DNA of 63,933 bases, filler included, from Lenisia limosa (GCA_001655205.1; 10 parts of 10 records of this genome joined end to end with filler, not necessarily neighbours in it), one strand, 5' to 3'; shown: positions 1 through 12,762, counted from the whole stretch's first letter. Notes: generated by a model from the letters alone, not told the origin. Made by a program: numbers and translations.

Positions 1-179
1 ATATTATAGTACTCTATCACACCGTTCATAAATATGTGTTTGTGTTTTTTCGAGAGTTGTGAAAACAGTGTTTGTAAGTAAACCTAGTTTTGTAACAAAT
101 ACACAAGGTGCAAGAAGAACACATGTTTAAACCAACTTGGTGGTTGCTTAGGAGAAATTATATTATACAAGAAAGACTA

Positions 180-3100
180 CACACAAGGGTTGTATCCTGA
201 AACGGACTATTTAGATTGCTCCTCTGCGTCCTCTTCCACGACCACGAAGTTGTTTTTCTAGGGATGAACAAATATAAAGTCGCTGACTAGCTCAGCATTG
301 ACTTTAAACCCATTTTTGAGCACTTTTTTTAAAAAAACCAACACATTTAGTAAAAAACACATATATTTTTAAACGGTGTGATATAATATAGTATATTATA
401 CGTATCATATATTTAGTACATATGATCATATGATATTATTCTAATCATGATAGCTCTCAATATATTCAATACTTGACGGACATATTACATCAACTAACGT
501 TTGAGTGTCAACATGCCTCTCCCTTTGCGCTGCGAGAACCGAATTATAACTCAAACTGAAGAAGTGAACACAAGAGCAATATCATTGATAATAGCGACAT
601 TCCTATCTTGATTGGCTACTTGCTATTAGAGTTGCAATTTAGTCACAATTTTATAGAACATCGTGCAATTAATTTATTCCAGAAATGTAACAGAATAACT
701 CGAAATCAAAGGTTTCTGAAATGGACTGATGTTGCAAAATGTATGAATTCAAATTATCTATGAAAAAAAAACAAATTAAAAATGCAGAGAGTATCATTAC
801 ATTGTGGGGTGTTGAAGTAAAGTTGCACAACGGCTTTGTCTCTGGTACTTAAAATATCACATAGACCTACTAAACAGAATTTGACGGTGCATTATACGCG
901 ATCCTTGAAGCTATGTTCATCATTTCTCCGACCAAACACCACTGATAGGTTGTGGGACCTGGAGAAATGTCAGTTAGAAGTTGGTTAAACCCACTGAGAA
1001 TCCCAGAAGCTGCGGTACCAGAATTGATTCCAATTGTGCTTTGTACGCCAAATTCAAGAAGCTACCAAAGGTAAAGAGAGGGAAAACAAACATATTGGTG
1101 GATGGCCACTGCGAGAGTGGTAGTTCTTCGTACGCCGAAGGTGTCATCTGAACACGATTTGAGAATAAGCAAATTTAGTAAAATCTGAAATATGATAGTA
1201 AATATGATATCAAAGAGTATCTCTAATTATTTCCCCATACCTGCAAATTCCTCGAGTCCTGCGACAACAATACTGAAATTCACTTGTTCGTATTTGAAAC
1301 TAATGTGATAATGTCAGCGCTACCCCTACCAATTGGCTCTCACAATCAGTTTATCGACAGTGGATGTGAGGGTCATAATCAAATCTGCGACCTTCATGGT
1401 TGGAAATAATGAAAATACAGTCTGATTTGCGAAATGTATTTTGGAGAAGTAAAACCAAATAATATTTGAAGAATTATGTATGTGGAACACAAATGTGTAA
1501 AATGATGAGAGCACTTATCCTTTGAAATGCTCCCAACCTCAAAAGGTTTCGACACCGCTTGTTTGGGGTCAATACACATCTAAAATGTGAGGTCAAACAT
1601 GGTGCAGTTTCATTTCGAATATCGTTGAATATTTGATGACGTTTACCAACATTGATAAATTGGACTGTAAGCCTTGTCGTTGTTGATTGAAGCCTTTCTG
1701 CTTTTCGATCTAGTTGGTTATTTGAATGTCCTAAAAACTTACTGAATTTGTGTTTCCAAAAGTGCTGAGCCACAAGAGGCATCATTTGGTCCCCCACGGT
1801 GTCTACAGACTTAGAGAGATAAAGCTCACAAACCTAATAAATGTGACTGTTGATTAAAGAGGAACATGGATTTAATTGCGGCTTTCGCTGTGTTCATGTC
1901 ATCCTTGAGAGAAATAAAACAAACATAAACACTCATCAAAATCAATCCTTTTTAGATAGCTTACTGTTTTAATGAAATGATGAATGAACGGAATAACAAC
2001 GAAAATTGAGAACAGAAAGCCCAGTCGTCCCGTTTCTGAAACGTAATTTTGAAAGAGTCGTTATTTCATTGTCGTCACCTCACCGTCATTGAGATTGAAA
2101 AAGATGAAAAGAGCAGCTGTCCAAACTGTGGTTATATGGTGCATAGCTCCAGGCAAGCCATTATATGCTTCTGGTTTGTTATTAACATCTTGTTGAATTT
2201 TTATATGACAAGATTTTGGAGTTCTAATGTTGATGGCAAATAAACAGAGCTGGACATATTTCTTAAATCAATATTTACCCTCCCCCCCCATTCTTACGGC
2301 CTAAAAATGTGAAGATTACAAAGAGTGATATTGTTGAGTGACTCATTGTTGGAACTCCTTTCAGGTTGAACAGCAGGTAAATGAATGCTATAAGATAAGA
2401 TTAATCTATTCAAGGTCTAAACCAACAAGTACAGCTGAACATGTGTGTTGTAAAAAGACTCCACATGTAATTTCGGCGATATTTGGTGAAGTAGATGAAG
2501 ATCATCTGGATTATTACTAGCATATATAACCCACATTTGAACCATGCTCCTTCTCAAGCTGGTCTAAATGCTGGCGAATGAATAAAGTGAGGGAGACATC
2601 TTGGATGTGAGTCCAAAAAACAACGCCGAACATACCAAAAAATCCCATGAAGATAAATGGACCAATGCTTTCTAAATGATCCCAGCCCAGACAATGGGGT
2701 CCACAGTACGTCATCACTATACCAGTGGCCAATAATGGAATCACAACCATCAGGTAGATCCGTGAGAGCTAGACGTAAGATAATTCCAGGAGAGGACAAA
2801 CTTTGTGGTATAGGATTTTTCTTTTCAAAATAACTTCGATCGTAAAGTAATCCTGTAACTGTTAATATAATATGGCAACTAAAACAGTTATTTATGAATG
2901 TGTTGAAATAAAATAAAAAACATCAAAATTGTAACTCAGTTTCATGGTATAGAACTGTATTTGCATGTTTGTGACTTCGGTTAAGGAAATGGCATTTCTA
3001 CATTGAAACCAATAATATATATTTTCTGCCAATTTGTAATAATTGATAAAACTCCTCTTCCAAAAGACGGATATTGATAACATCGCACAACCTGCAGTTT

Positions 3101-3933
3101 TCCCATTCCATCTAATCTTGTATATTTTTTGTTTCAATTCTGCTCTCTTCTTGTATAAAAAACGTGTAAACACAAACTGATTCCCCAAGCCAGAATACCA
3201 GGTTGCCTTTGTCGAAGTTTTCGTTGTTATCATCCAAGTCCTTCTGTAGCTGATTGGCCGTGACTGAAAACGGTGAGTGCGAGACAAGCCACTGGTCCCA
3301 AAAACTGATTGTTGACATTTCTGAGTAATGATGTGTTTTGAATGGAGTACACTTCCGAACTTTGTCAGAAAGTGTGACAATGAGTGGGGTGCCGATGTCC
3401 GAATCATGGTAAACACTTATGAAATGACGAGAGAATCAATAAAATTTGTCCACAATGAATGGTATTATTCTTAGGGATATCAATACAAGTGATAAACTAA
3501 GAAAGGCGCATACAGAAGGTAATTGGGGTTGGGAGTCGGACAGGTTGTTCCGACTCTTGATCAGAGCCCGTATTTTCCATATTAACAGGCTATATACCTT
3601 GCGTCTCAAGTTTTCCGAGAATATTATTTGATTAAACATCAATGATTCTGTAGGCATTATCTTTCAGTTAGACATGTTACCATAACAGGAAAGTGGGGCC
3701 GGGTTAAGGCCTGACGGGGAAATGGCTGGGTTAGATTTACAGGGTATTAAATCTGCTATAGTCTTTAAATCGGTCCGAGGAATTATAGATTTGGTGGAGT
3801 GGCTCAGGTATGTCTGATGATTGACATTGGAAGGCTGAAAATTTGCTTCTTTTATTACACTTAATCCTCTTGTTATCATATCCACTGTATCTATACCTCT
3901 TTTAGAGAAGAGGAAAGAGGAGGAATGGGACAC
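180..3933 (-). CDS. Multi-exon membrane-bound class III nucleotidyl cyclase, guanylyl-cyclase-like; 3' part runs off the window, exact start uncertain
   Basis: Hand-spliced exons 1800->790 give IIWFYFSKIHF...LTSTVDKLIVRANCFKYEQVNFSIVVAG...QSTIGINSGTAASGILSG...YQWCLVGEMMNIASRI, the class III cyclase fold motifs. Upstream exons encode hydrophobic helices (VVIPLLATGIVMTY, IGPFIFMGFFGMFGVVFW, VWTAALFIFF). Confidence 0.7.
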
Positions 3934-4022
3934 TAGACGCAGAAAAATAATAAATTGCTTGAATGGCGTACACGTGGCACGAAGCCATCTTCGGGTTTGA
4001 AAATGAAAGGTTACAGTTATAA

Positions 4023-4104
4023 GACTAGTTGGCCGAGTGGTTAAGGCGACAGATTAGAAATCTGTTGGGTTCTGCCCGCGTAGGTTCAAATCCTGCACTA
4101 GTCG
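4023..4104 (+). tRNA. tRNA-Ser(AGA)
   Basis: Acceptor stem GACTAGT/ACTAGTC, D arm TGGCCGAGTGGTTAAGG, anticodon arm ACAGA-TTAGAAA-TCTGT, long variable arm, T loop GGTTCAAATCC, discriminator G. Confidence 0.97.
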
Positions 4105-4105
4105 A

Positions 4106-4113
4106 TTTTTTTT
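4106..4113 (+). terminator. Pol III oligo-T terminator of the tRNA-Ser gene
   Basis: T8 run immediately after the tRNA 3' end. Confidence 0.8.
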
Positions 4114-4360
4114 ACGTTTGTTGAGTTCTTGAACTCTCAGCCGGCCCTTTTCAACCGTTTACTACCCCTTTTCCCCCTTCTCTGTGAGCAGTTTTAGCTT
4201 TTTATTTCAAAGCATTTATATTGAATTATTCTGGAATTTGAACACGTTCACAACCTGTTTCTCCACCCTTGTCTTCCGTATCTCCCTGGCGTCCATTCAC
4301 CTCAGCCATTGCGATTTAAGAAGTTAGTATCATTTGGGCATCTCGTGTGAAGAGTGACGA

Positions 4361-4851
4361 TGGCGGAGGCCAGTGACCTCTTTGCTGGGGCCAATAGATC
4401 GGCAGGTATGATGTTCAAGCGGGTTCTGTTTTTGTTTGTTACCTTGTTTTTAACCTTCTGTAAATCATTGAGAAATTAGAAAACTAGCACTATTCTGTTC
4501 GATTTAGCAGATTTTGATATTGAATACAAGATAAACAGCACGGCATAATACACGGCCCACAGTAAGTTGTACAATGGAATACAAGCGTTTACCACGGTCA
4601 CTGTCAATATTCTCTCCTCATTAACAAAGCAAGCCAAGATGAAATAATGTGTTCTATTATCGATATAACATCTGAACATACCCCTTATCTACGGAACTCC
4701 CTTGTTGTACTTTTTGGCACATCGTGAATTAACCCATGTCAAGACCGAGTCAACCAGTTTGCTGGCATGGAGTCCGACCACGAGAGCGAACAGGAGCAAA
4801 AGGAAACAAAGGAGAAGAAGGTTGACCTTGGAGGTATCTTGGGCGCAATAT
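4361..4851 (+). CDS. 5' fragment of an uncharacterised charged protein, truncated by the scaffold end
   Basis: ATG exon MAEASDLFAGANRSA|GTATGA splices to DRVNQFAGMESDHESEQEQKETKEKKVDLG|GTATCT with canonical splice sites. Confidence 0.5.
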
Positions 4852-5003
4852 AGAGTTTATTCGCTTATGCAGCGAGCTAGAGCCCAAGCTTCAGTATATA
4901 TTGGGAACATATTTATATTACTGATAGGTATAGTATGTGGAATACTCAATCCCTTAGGANNNNNNNNNNNNNNNNNNNNNNNNNNNNNNNNNNNNNNNNN
5001 NNN

Positions 5004-5015
5004 TTAATTAATTAA
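5004..5015. other. Artificial scaffold linker (N-TTAATTAATTAA-N); further copies at 9210, 19672, 27918, 40646, 50078, 54414, 55959, 62291
   Basis: Identical 12-mer with stops in all six frames, embedded in N runs, nine times. Confidence 0.97.
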
Positions 5016-5059
5016 NNNNNNNNNNNNNNNNNNNNNNNNNNNNNNNNNNNNNNNNNNNN

Positions 5060-6637
5060 TCATCAGCGGCCTCCTCGGCCATCATGGCGGCGGCCCGGAG
5101 TTCGGCGTCTCTTGAGGCTTCCTCATCACGCCCTGCGAGGGCGGTAAGAAAGGAAATTTATGAAACAAAAACAAGCCCTGCGAAAAGGTAAGAAAGGAAA
5201 CGAAATAAAAATTATAAATCAACTCTGTTGGCTAGCAACACACGATGGTTAAACACAACAAAACAAACAAATCCTTGGCCAGTCGCTTCTACAGCACCTC
5301 ATCATTCCATACGATAAAATGAAATTTTTATGAAACAACCAAAAAAAAAACCAGAATCGTGAGTAAATAAGGTAAATTCGAGAAGAAAGAAAAAAAGCAA
5401 CAAAATAACACCTTTTCTTGAATAAGAAGATACACCTCATCGGTTCACGGCTCTTCAAACTTTAAAAATATCTATATGTATGTATAATTAGATACATATA
5501 GCCCCCCCCCCCCNNNNNNNNNNNNNNNNNNNNNNNNNNNNNNNNNNNNNNNNNNNNNNNNNNNNNNNNNNNNNNNNNNNNNNNNNNNNNNNNGACCGCG
5601 TCGGACTTGGAGCGAGCGAATTCCACTCTCTACAGAATTATGCATCATTGCAACATAATTATCCCTTTGATTCGTTCAGCATAAGAAATCATTAGGTATC
5701 ATCTCATTGCACCGAGATTGAATTTGCTTTCTTTATAGGAGCACGAGGTCAGGAGGAAAGATCAAAAATACAAATACAATTCATCACTATTGTACTACAC
5801 TGTTTTTCTTTATTGTCAAAACAGATGTGCTCAAAAATAAAGATGTGAAATCCAAAAACCTGATTACTTATCCCATTAAGCTTAGAAGGGATTTGAGTAG
5901 AGTATATATCTCCAAGGATATCAGAGAAAAGGGTTGTAAGGATATCAGAGAAAAGGGTTGTGGAGGTCGAAGGGAGGTTGCCGATCTTAAGAAATATGCG
6001 ACACAGTTTCACATATTTAAACATTATGTTTCTTAAAATCCTGTGAAAGCCTTCCAAAACTGCGTTGTACAAATTCAAAAACTTAAAATCATGGGTAAAA
6101 GACAAACAACAGTAAATTAGGGAAGAAAGGTGAGAAAAGGTGTTGAGTAACTCTATTATATCAACTGCCGAGTGAGAAGAAGTTGTCTGTTCGACTGAAA
6201 TAAAGTATGATTGTAAAATATAACTCTGATAAGCAGGGAGAAGGGAAGCAAGACAACCTGGGATGCCCCATACCATTGGTTTGTCATAGATAGTGTACTC
6301 GTTCAAAGCAAGGGCATTAGTAGCTGATTCAACGGTATCAAAAACAATAAATGCCTGTCCACGGGTCTTCAGAGTGCGGTGAGCCTGGGGAAGTTAAAAA
6401 AAGAACACATTTGAACTACAACCACCCAATAACCCACCACAACATCGTGGATTTTGCCAAAACGCTTGAACACAGAGGTAAGCAGGCCCTTAAGCTCTGG
6501 AAATGGTCAATAAGTTCCCTAAAAAAAACTACAATCACAGTACCTGAAATAGGTGCCTTTTCGCTTAAATTATTGATGTAAATAGTCTGGTTGGGCGGGT
6601 TCTGGCGAAGAACGTACTGTTTACGAGTTTTCGGCAT
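5060..6637 (-). CDS. U1A/U2B''/SNF-family spliceosomal RRM protein, 3' truncated
   Basis: Spliced: PNQTIYINNLSEKAPISELKGLLTSVFKRFGKIHDVV|AHRTLKTRGQAFIVFDTVESATNALALNEYTIYDKPM|RVEFARSKSDAV, the diagnostic RRM1 of this family. U1A versus U2B'' not resolved. The fragment at 5060-5132 is assigned to it by position only. Confidence 0.9.
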
Positions 6638-6888
6638 TTTGAAGAGCTACTTTGGTTAATACCCCCGAGTAATCAAGTTAATACACTACCTTATCACTGA
6701 TACCGCCACAAAAGAGTGTTTTCCGTAAAAAAAAAAGCTTAAAAAGGGGTATAACACGCAGTGATTATATACCTTTTTTTTCATCTCGAAAATTGCAAGT
6801 CTAGAGCCTCTTCCTTTCCATCTTAAAGCTGTAATAACTGCAAAATTGTAATCTAACTGTTGTCAGAAACCAGGGAAAACCGAAGTTG

Positions 6889-8380
6889 TCATGCTGCGTC
6901 CAAAGAGATATCGCCTCTCACCAGGTCGTCATTTGAGAGAGAACTATATTCAGCCGAATATTGGCCTTCATGGCCACGGTAATTCCAGGCAACATGAACA
7001 TTTCCAGCCGGTATTGTGGGATCGTAGTTTCGGGAATATACAATGATGTGCTGAATACTTGACAAAATTGGAGGTTTTAGGAGGGAATCCGTTGCTATCA
7101 TCTGTGACTGTTTCCTTTAGGATTACTTTGACCCTAAGGGAGACGGGCTGCTTGCTCCCCCTAACAGTGTGTCGAACATGTTGGTTTTGGGTGTTAGGGA
7201 TTCTTGGCCGCTGAGGGTTGGAAACTACTCAACAAGCGTAATTCCCCCAATACGTTTTGTCGTCGAACTTTTTCGCTTCTAACATTTCCAACCCCTGTGG
7301 CCAAGTACCTGAAGAGAGGAATTTAGGTCACTTTTCGGAGCCTCTCGTTTTTCTCTTTGCCTTCAAGTCTTTACTCTTTGTTATAAAGTTGTTTTTCTTT
7401 CCATACTCTTATTTACTTCAGCTTTCATCATTTCTCCCCTTTTTTCAATTTTGTTTTCTCCTCCGCTCACTTTCCAGGCCCCCGATGAACGATGGTCTTT
7501 TAGAAACCCCTGGAGCAAGGTGAGTGGGCAGTTTTAAAGGTGGGTGTCTTCACCAAAATCTTTAGTTAGTGAATAAAATTATCTAGTGCAATAAAACAAA
7601 AGATAAAACACGGTTGTTTCTGGCGGAAGTCGCCCACCATCACACTTATCAAATATTTGATGACTGTTTACGACTGTTCACCCAGCCATTTTTCTTACAA
7701 CTCTTTGCACACAGCTTTCAGCGTACTAATTCATCCAAATATTTGCCCATTCTTTTTTCACTCATCTTCCAGAGAGATGGCTGGACCCCCACATGAGCCT
7801 CCCATTTTAAAAGTTTGCTGGGATCCCATGAAGCCTTCACTTCGCTACCGGACAAAGACTCAAGAGTCAATTTCTCGATAAATCCTCGATAAATTTGGCC
7901 AGTATTTCTGGACCGGAGCGGAAGATCCCTCTTCTGCCGCATCATTTAGACTCTTTCCCGCTGTTGCGTTTTTATTGATGTCTTTCTGCTATGCAACTGA
8001 ACGTAATAGCATTTTACTCATACTGTTCTGGGCTTCTCACAGCTCATAACATGTATGAAGCTAGTCACATGCTCTCTTGTTTATCATCATGAGAATTGTT
8101 TGTTGTTTGCAGAAATAAGCAACAATGCACTGCTTACCACATTTCAAGTATTTTTGTAGCTAAATTTCACATCTAAAGGGAAACAGTCATACAAATCCCG
8201 CATATACCGGGATTTTTGACCGATTTTCCTTGGAAATCACAAAGCAAATCGGTCAAGGTTTGTCCCAGTAACTGTATATAATTTTTGATATGTTTGCATC
8301 GATTGTTCATTTCAACAAGTCCTTGAACCACTCTGCTCACCCCTTTTAGGATCCTTACCACATGGAACCGGCCTTGTATC
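6889..8380 (-). CDS. Uncharacterised multi-exon gene
   Basis: Exon-like segments between GT/AG sites (LLQGFLKDHRSSGAWK|GTWPQGLEMLEAKKFDDKTYWGNYA; HIIVYSRNYDPTIPAGNVHVAWNYRGHEGQYSAEY...DAA*). No family recognised and exon chain incomplete. Confidence 0.35.
7832..7930. mobile_element. MITE family A copy
   Basis: AGCCTTCACTTCG...TTTCTCGATAAATCCTCGATAAAT...GCGGAAGATCCCT. Confidence 0.75.
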
Positions 8381-8768
8381 GCGGTTGGCCGGGGGGGGGG
8401 GGGGNNNNNNNNNNNNNNNNNNNNNNNNNNNNNNNNNNNNNNNNNNNNNNNNNNNNNNNNNNNNNNNNNNNNNNNNNNNNNNNNNNNNNNNNNNNNNAAA
8501 GTCTCTATTGAAACTGGGATCATAAAGAGTAAAGTCTCTTTTGAAACTAGGTTCTTAAAAGAAAACACCACTACAAACAAACGACCCCAAGAACCAACTT
8601 TCTATTATCATGACTATGTTAAACCACTTCAGTCCCTTTACCGATACTTGTTACAGATATCATCTTGAGAATCTTTTGTGTCTATATGACAATCACATTG
8701 ATATAAATGATCATGTGAATGGAACACAACTTTTTACAACAAACCACCGCCCGCTCTCACCCCCAAGA

Positions 8769-9165
8769 CCACTCCCCAATGTACCGTCACAATCGCTTCC
8801 CCGGACCGGAGGAAAACAACCGAAGAGACATTCGAGAACCTTCTTTCAGACCAGAAATGCCGTTGCGCGATGATAGACATCCCCACCCCCAAATGGAAGC
8901 TTCCCATTATGGTAACTATGACAGACTGCACCCCGACCAAGCCGGGGTACTGCCAATGCCGGACCAGAGATCACCGGACTTCCACCCCATGAGGCCGCCT
9001 GAATTCACGCAGAACAAATATGATATGGATTACGGCAGCGAAGCCGGACTTTTGGATCTGCCGGACATGGACACATTTCGCCCTCCCGGCCCGGGACGAC
9101 CTTCGATGCCACCGAGGGACTTTGTGGATCGTCAGAACGAAATGTTTGGGAGGGAGGGTGTGTAA
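8769..9165 (+). CDS. Exon of a Pro/Arg/Asp-rich low-complexity protein
   Basis: GC-rich open frame of about 130 codons after a CCCCCAAG acceptor: HNRFPGPEENNRRDIREPSFRPEMP...RPPGPGRPSMPPRDF. Confidence 0.5.
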
Positions 9166-9432
9166 NNNNNNNNNNNNNNNNNNNNNNNNNNNNNNNNNNN
9201 NNNNNNNNNTTAATTAATTAANNNNNNNNNNNNNNNNNNNNNNNNNNNNNNNNNNNNNNNNNNNNTGTTACATGGACAGTATATGGTAGTGAGGATATAT
9301 CATCTAACAATCTATTGAAAAGGTCTAGAACATAGCAAAAAAACGAAACAAACACGACAAATCTACCATTATTTCTACATGATAAGGTCGTTGCACTTTT
9401 GCCTTAGGACCCTTCTACCAGTGCCAAACTCT

Positions 9433-12340
9433 TCAGTTTTTACCAAGTACAGCTCTTTTGAAGTAGTCATACGAAGAGTATTGAAGAGCAGCTCCAATAC
9501 CCGCCTTGACAAAGTTCACCCAAAAGCCGCCATAGAATACCTTGTATCCTGTGATTATCAGGGATTGTGGGAGATCGAAGGTTCACAGATGGGTACCTCA
9601 AAAAGAGACATTTCAATATTCAAGGTGAATCAAGAAAGGCACAGAAACAGAAACCAAGTAATATGTTAACCCATATCCACAAGTGACATGATCATATCAA
9701 ATGAACGAAGTTAATATGAGGGTTCATCCCGAGTTATCAAAGCATCATTGAGACTTGTCGGTCAATTATCATACGAGTGAAGTATCATATCACTGTGTGG
9801 AAAGTGATAGTTCGCACGTGTGAAAATGATCACAAAAAGTACCACCAACAACGACAATCTAGCTGAACACTGACAAACCTTTCGGACTAGCAAGCATTTC
9901 TTTGAGGACAACCCGGATCTGGGCCTTTCTACCTTGGGAACCGAAGCCACAGATTTGCATTCGTTTTCGTAGGGTATCGACAGGGTACATGATCGTCTGC
10001 GAGATGATTCCTGCGCTACTTCCTGGATTTATATTAGCTATGATGAGGGCTATGTTCACAAAAAAGTGGGATTCTGTCGATAAATCCAAGTAAATAAATA
10101 TCATACTATTATTATCGATTTTGAGTGTTACGAATACCTCCTTGTAAAGATGGAACAAGGGAACACCAGTAGCAACTGAATTTATATATCATTCTTAACA
10201 CATCATACAAGTATATGTCAAAGGAACAACCTCTAACCTGCAAGAAGTCGCTGGAATGGGGTCTGATTGTTTTCCTTGCTAAATAGAGACTGAATCGTTA
10301 GTAATCAAAATGCATAGATACTGCAATAGTTATCAAGAAAAGTTGTAGCTAACATTCCAACCCAAATATTTCTCAATTAAAAAGATGAAATAGGTTTTTA
10401 CTCACCTTTATCGCGTCGTAAGTGGTAAATGAAATTGCCATGCCAGGGATGATTCCCATGATAGACACGAGCCAGCCTTGATATAGTCGTTGGATTCCTG
10501 GAGCTATAAGCTCTAAACAACCAATTCGGATTCAATGAAGGGTATGAGCCAAAAAAGTGACGTTGGTTGGACTATTGCAACAGAATACTAGCAGGTTTCA
10601 AATGCAGTCGAAAAGTCCTCTGGCCACAACAATCCAATTACCTTGTTCTCGTGCAACACTGTACATGATTTGAACTGGCCCTATAAAGTCATAAAGTCAA
10701 ATTCCTTCCATGTCAGTCTTACATGATGGTGATTTACCTGCTCGATTTATTTCTATCTAGGGCTTCCCTACGATCCACAAAAGACTGGTAAAATATCGAT
10801 ATTTTAGAGAAATTCAGTCCCCCCCCCCCCNNNNNNNNNNNNNNNNNNNNNNNNNNNNNNNNNNNNNNNNNNNNNNNNNNNNNNNNNNNNNNNNNNNNNN
10901 NNNNNNNCATTGTACAAAGTCTGACCGGCAGCTGATGTGTCGGCAATAAGCCAAGTTCTTGCCACGTCCAAGGGGTAAATCATGGTCAACATGCAGGCTC
11001 CGGACAGGCCTCCACTGATCAGCTTTCTACTGTAGAGGTCGACCCCCGAGTAGTTCTACAGCTGTGAGCAAGGGGAAGAAAATAAGGCAACTTATAAGAT
11101 CAATAATTTTGAGGAGGCAAGATACAGTAAACTCAGGGAAGTGGTCACAAACCCAGAATGTCATTTTTTTTTGAGAAAAAACAAACTCAACTGAAACTCA
11201 ATTCAACAAGAGGCACAAACCTTGATCCCTTTTGGCATGAACGCTCCTTGGAATCGTTCGTACATTGTAAACTTCAAGGCCGCGGCAGACACCGTTCGTG
11301 CAATGTTTGTTGCTATTGTTGTCACATTTAACATTGGGCTTTGATAAGACTGAAACAGAATACAGAGGGAAAGAATCTCTGTTATCCAAAGGTTCACCTA
11401 CAGCAGCAACAGAAGACCAAGCCCCTTATTAGCTATTCACCAGGCGCTCACCATTTCCCCTCCAGAAAGCAGCAATTCCTTGCTCCCGGGGGATCGCAAT
11501 CAGGGAGTTCCAAACGCCAGAGTATTGCTGGAATGTCAGTGGAGTGAGACGCGGACCCATGAAACTAAAAAGGGACAGCAGCCTACATGCTTGGCAATTC
11601 CAGTTGACAGGGTTGACTCTTGCACCTGGATGAACGTGAAATATGGTCGCAAAGGCGAGGGGAGAGGGGGAGGAGTAAAATTGGAAAATTTAAGAAACAA
11701 AAAAAAGCCCAAAAATCAACACTGTTAGCTGACAACACATGAAGGTTGATAACAACANNNNNNNNNNNNNNNNNNNNNNNNNNNNNNNNNNNNNNNNNNN
11801 NNNNNNNNNNNNNNNNNNNNNNNNNNNNNNNNNNNNNNNNNNNNNNNNNNNNNNNNNNNNGGACAATGATATCAGCATCAATTCAATCGTTGAACCAGTA
11901 CTTACTTCCCTTTAGTCCCCTAAAAATCCATTATTTCGAATGAATCCTTGACAGATGTCGATGTTACCCCAATATTTATGAAGAATAAAGCGGAATGTGA
12001 ATAATTGTGAGTAGCCAAAATATGAAGCCGGAAGCTCGGAACCATGATTGGTTGAGCAGTAAAAATGAGCTGCAATGTAGACCTCATCAGATGAGCTTCC
12101 CTTTACTCACCTGAAAAATAACCTTGATTCGTTCCAGCGGTGCAACTGCAGACCTGCTCACAGCACCACTCAAAGCTGAATTTGTCAGCAACCGAAGATG
12201 TCATGAAGGTTTGATATATGACGACAAGATCCCAGTTCACCTCCTCCGCAAAAAAACGCCAAGCTTGTCAAGTTTGGACTTGCATTGACTGTTTCACGAA
12301 ATCTCGCCAATAAACTTTTCGGGTGCACCTCAGCGCCCAT
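9433..12340 (-). CDS. Mitochondrial carrier (SLC25), resembling the adenine-nucleotide/CoA carrier group (SLC25A42/YPR011c-like)
   Basis: Three signature motifs PLERIK, PLDVAR and PVDTLRKR in spliced exons, plus FWRGNATNIAR, LYQGWLVSIMGIIPG and FYGGFWVNFVK. About 10 GT-AG introns, TGA stop. Subfamily is an inference. Confidence 0.88.
10757..10830. mobile_element. MITE family A copy (cut by a gap), in a carrier intron
   Basis: TAGGGCTTCCCTACGATCCACAAAAGACTGGTAAAATATCGATATTTTAGAGAAATTCAGTC. Confidence 0.8.
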
Positions 12341-12762
12341 ATTTAAGGCCATGTTTGACAACTAACCTTGTATCATAAGAATGTCAGAGGAATGAGTTGC
12401 GAAAACTGATCAACACTGATCAAATATGTCTCTGTGATGTATGTGAATGAAACTATTAAAAAAAATGCAGTGTAGGGAAGAGGAAGGAAAAGGGGAGCCC
12501 AAGAGTGGAGGAAGGCCCTTTTAATAGTTAATTTAATATCGTAACTATTATTGACTGAAAATATTTCTGGTATTTTCTTATACTATGACATTTATTTGCA
12601 TTTAAATTATAGAATACTTATAAAGGTAAATAAAAGTAGAGTAAAATTTGCAGACAGAGCTGCTTAGGAATTGATTTTAAGAGACTAATTGGGTGACCAT
12701 AAATGAACTGAACTTTGCTTTTTATCCAATTTTTTTCTTTTGGCTGAATCCTTTTATACAAA

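Noticed and set aside
4476-4679. 67-aa antisense ORF nested in an intron (also considered as a snoRNA)
   Set aside because: Non-ATG start in the track, no recognisable motif, no convincing C/D or H/ACA box pairs.
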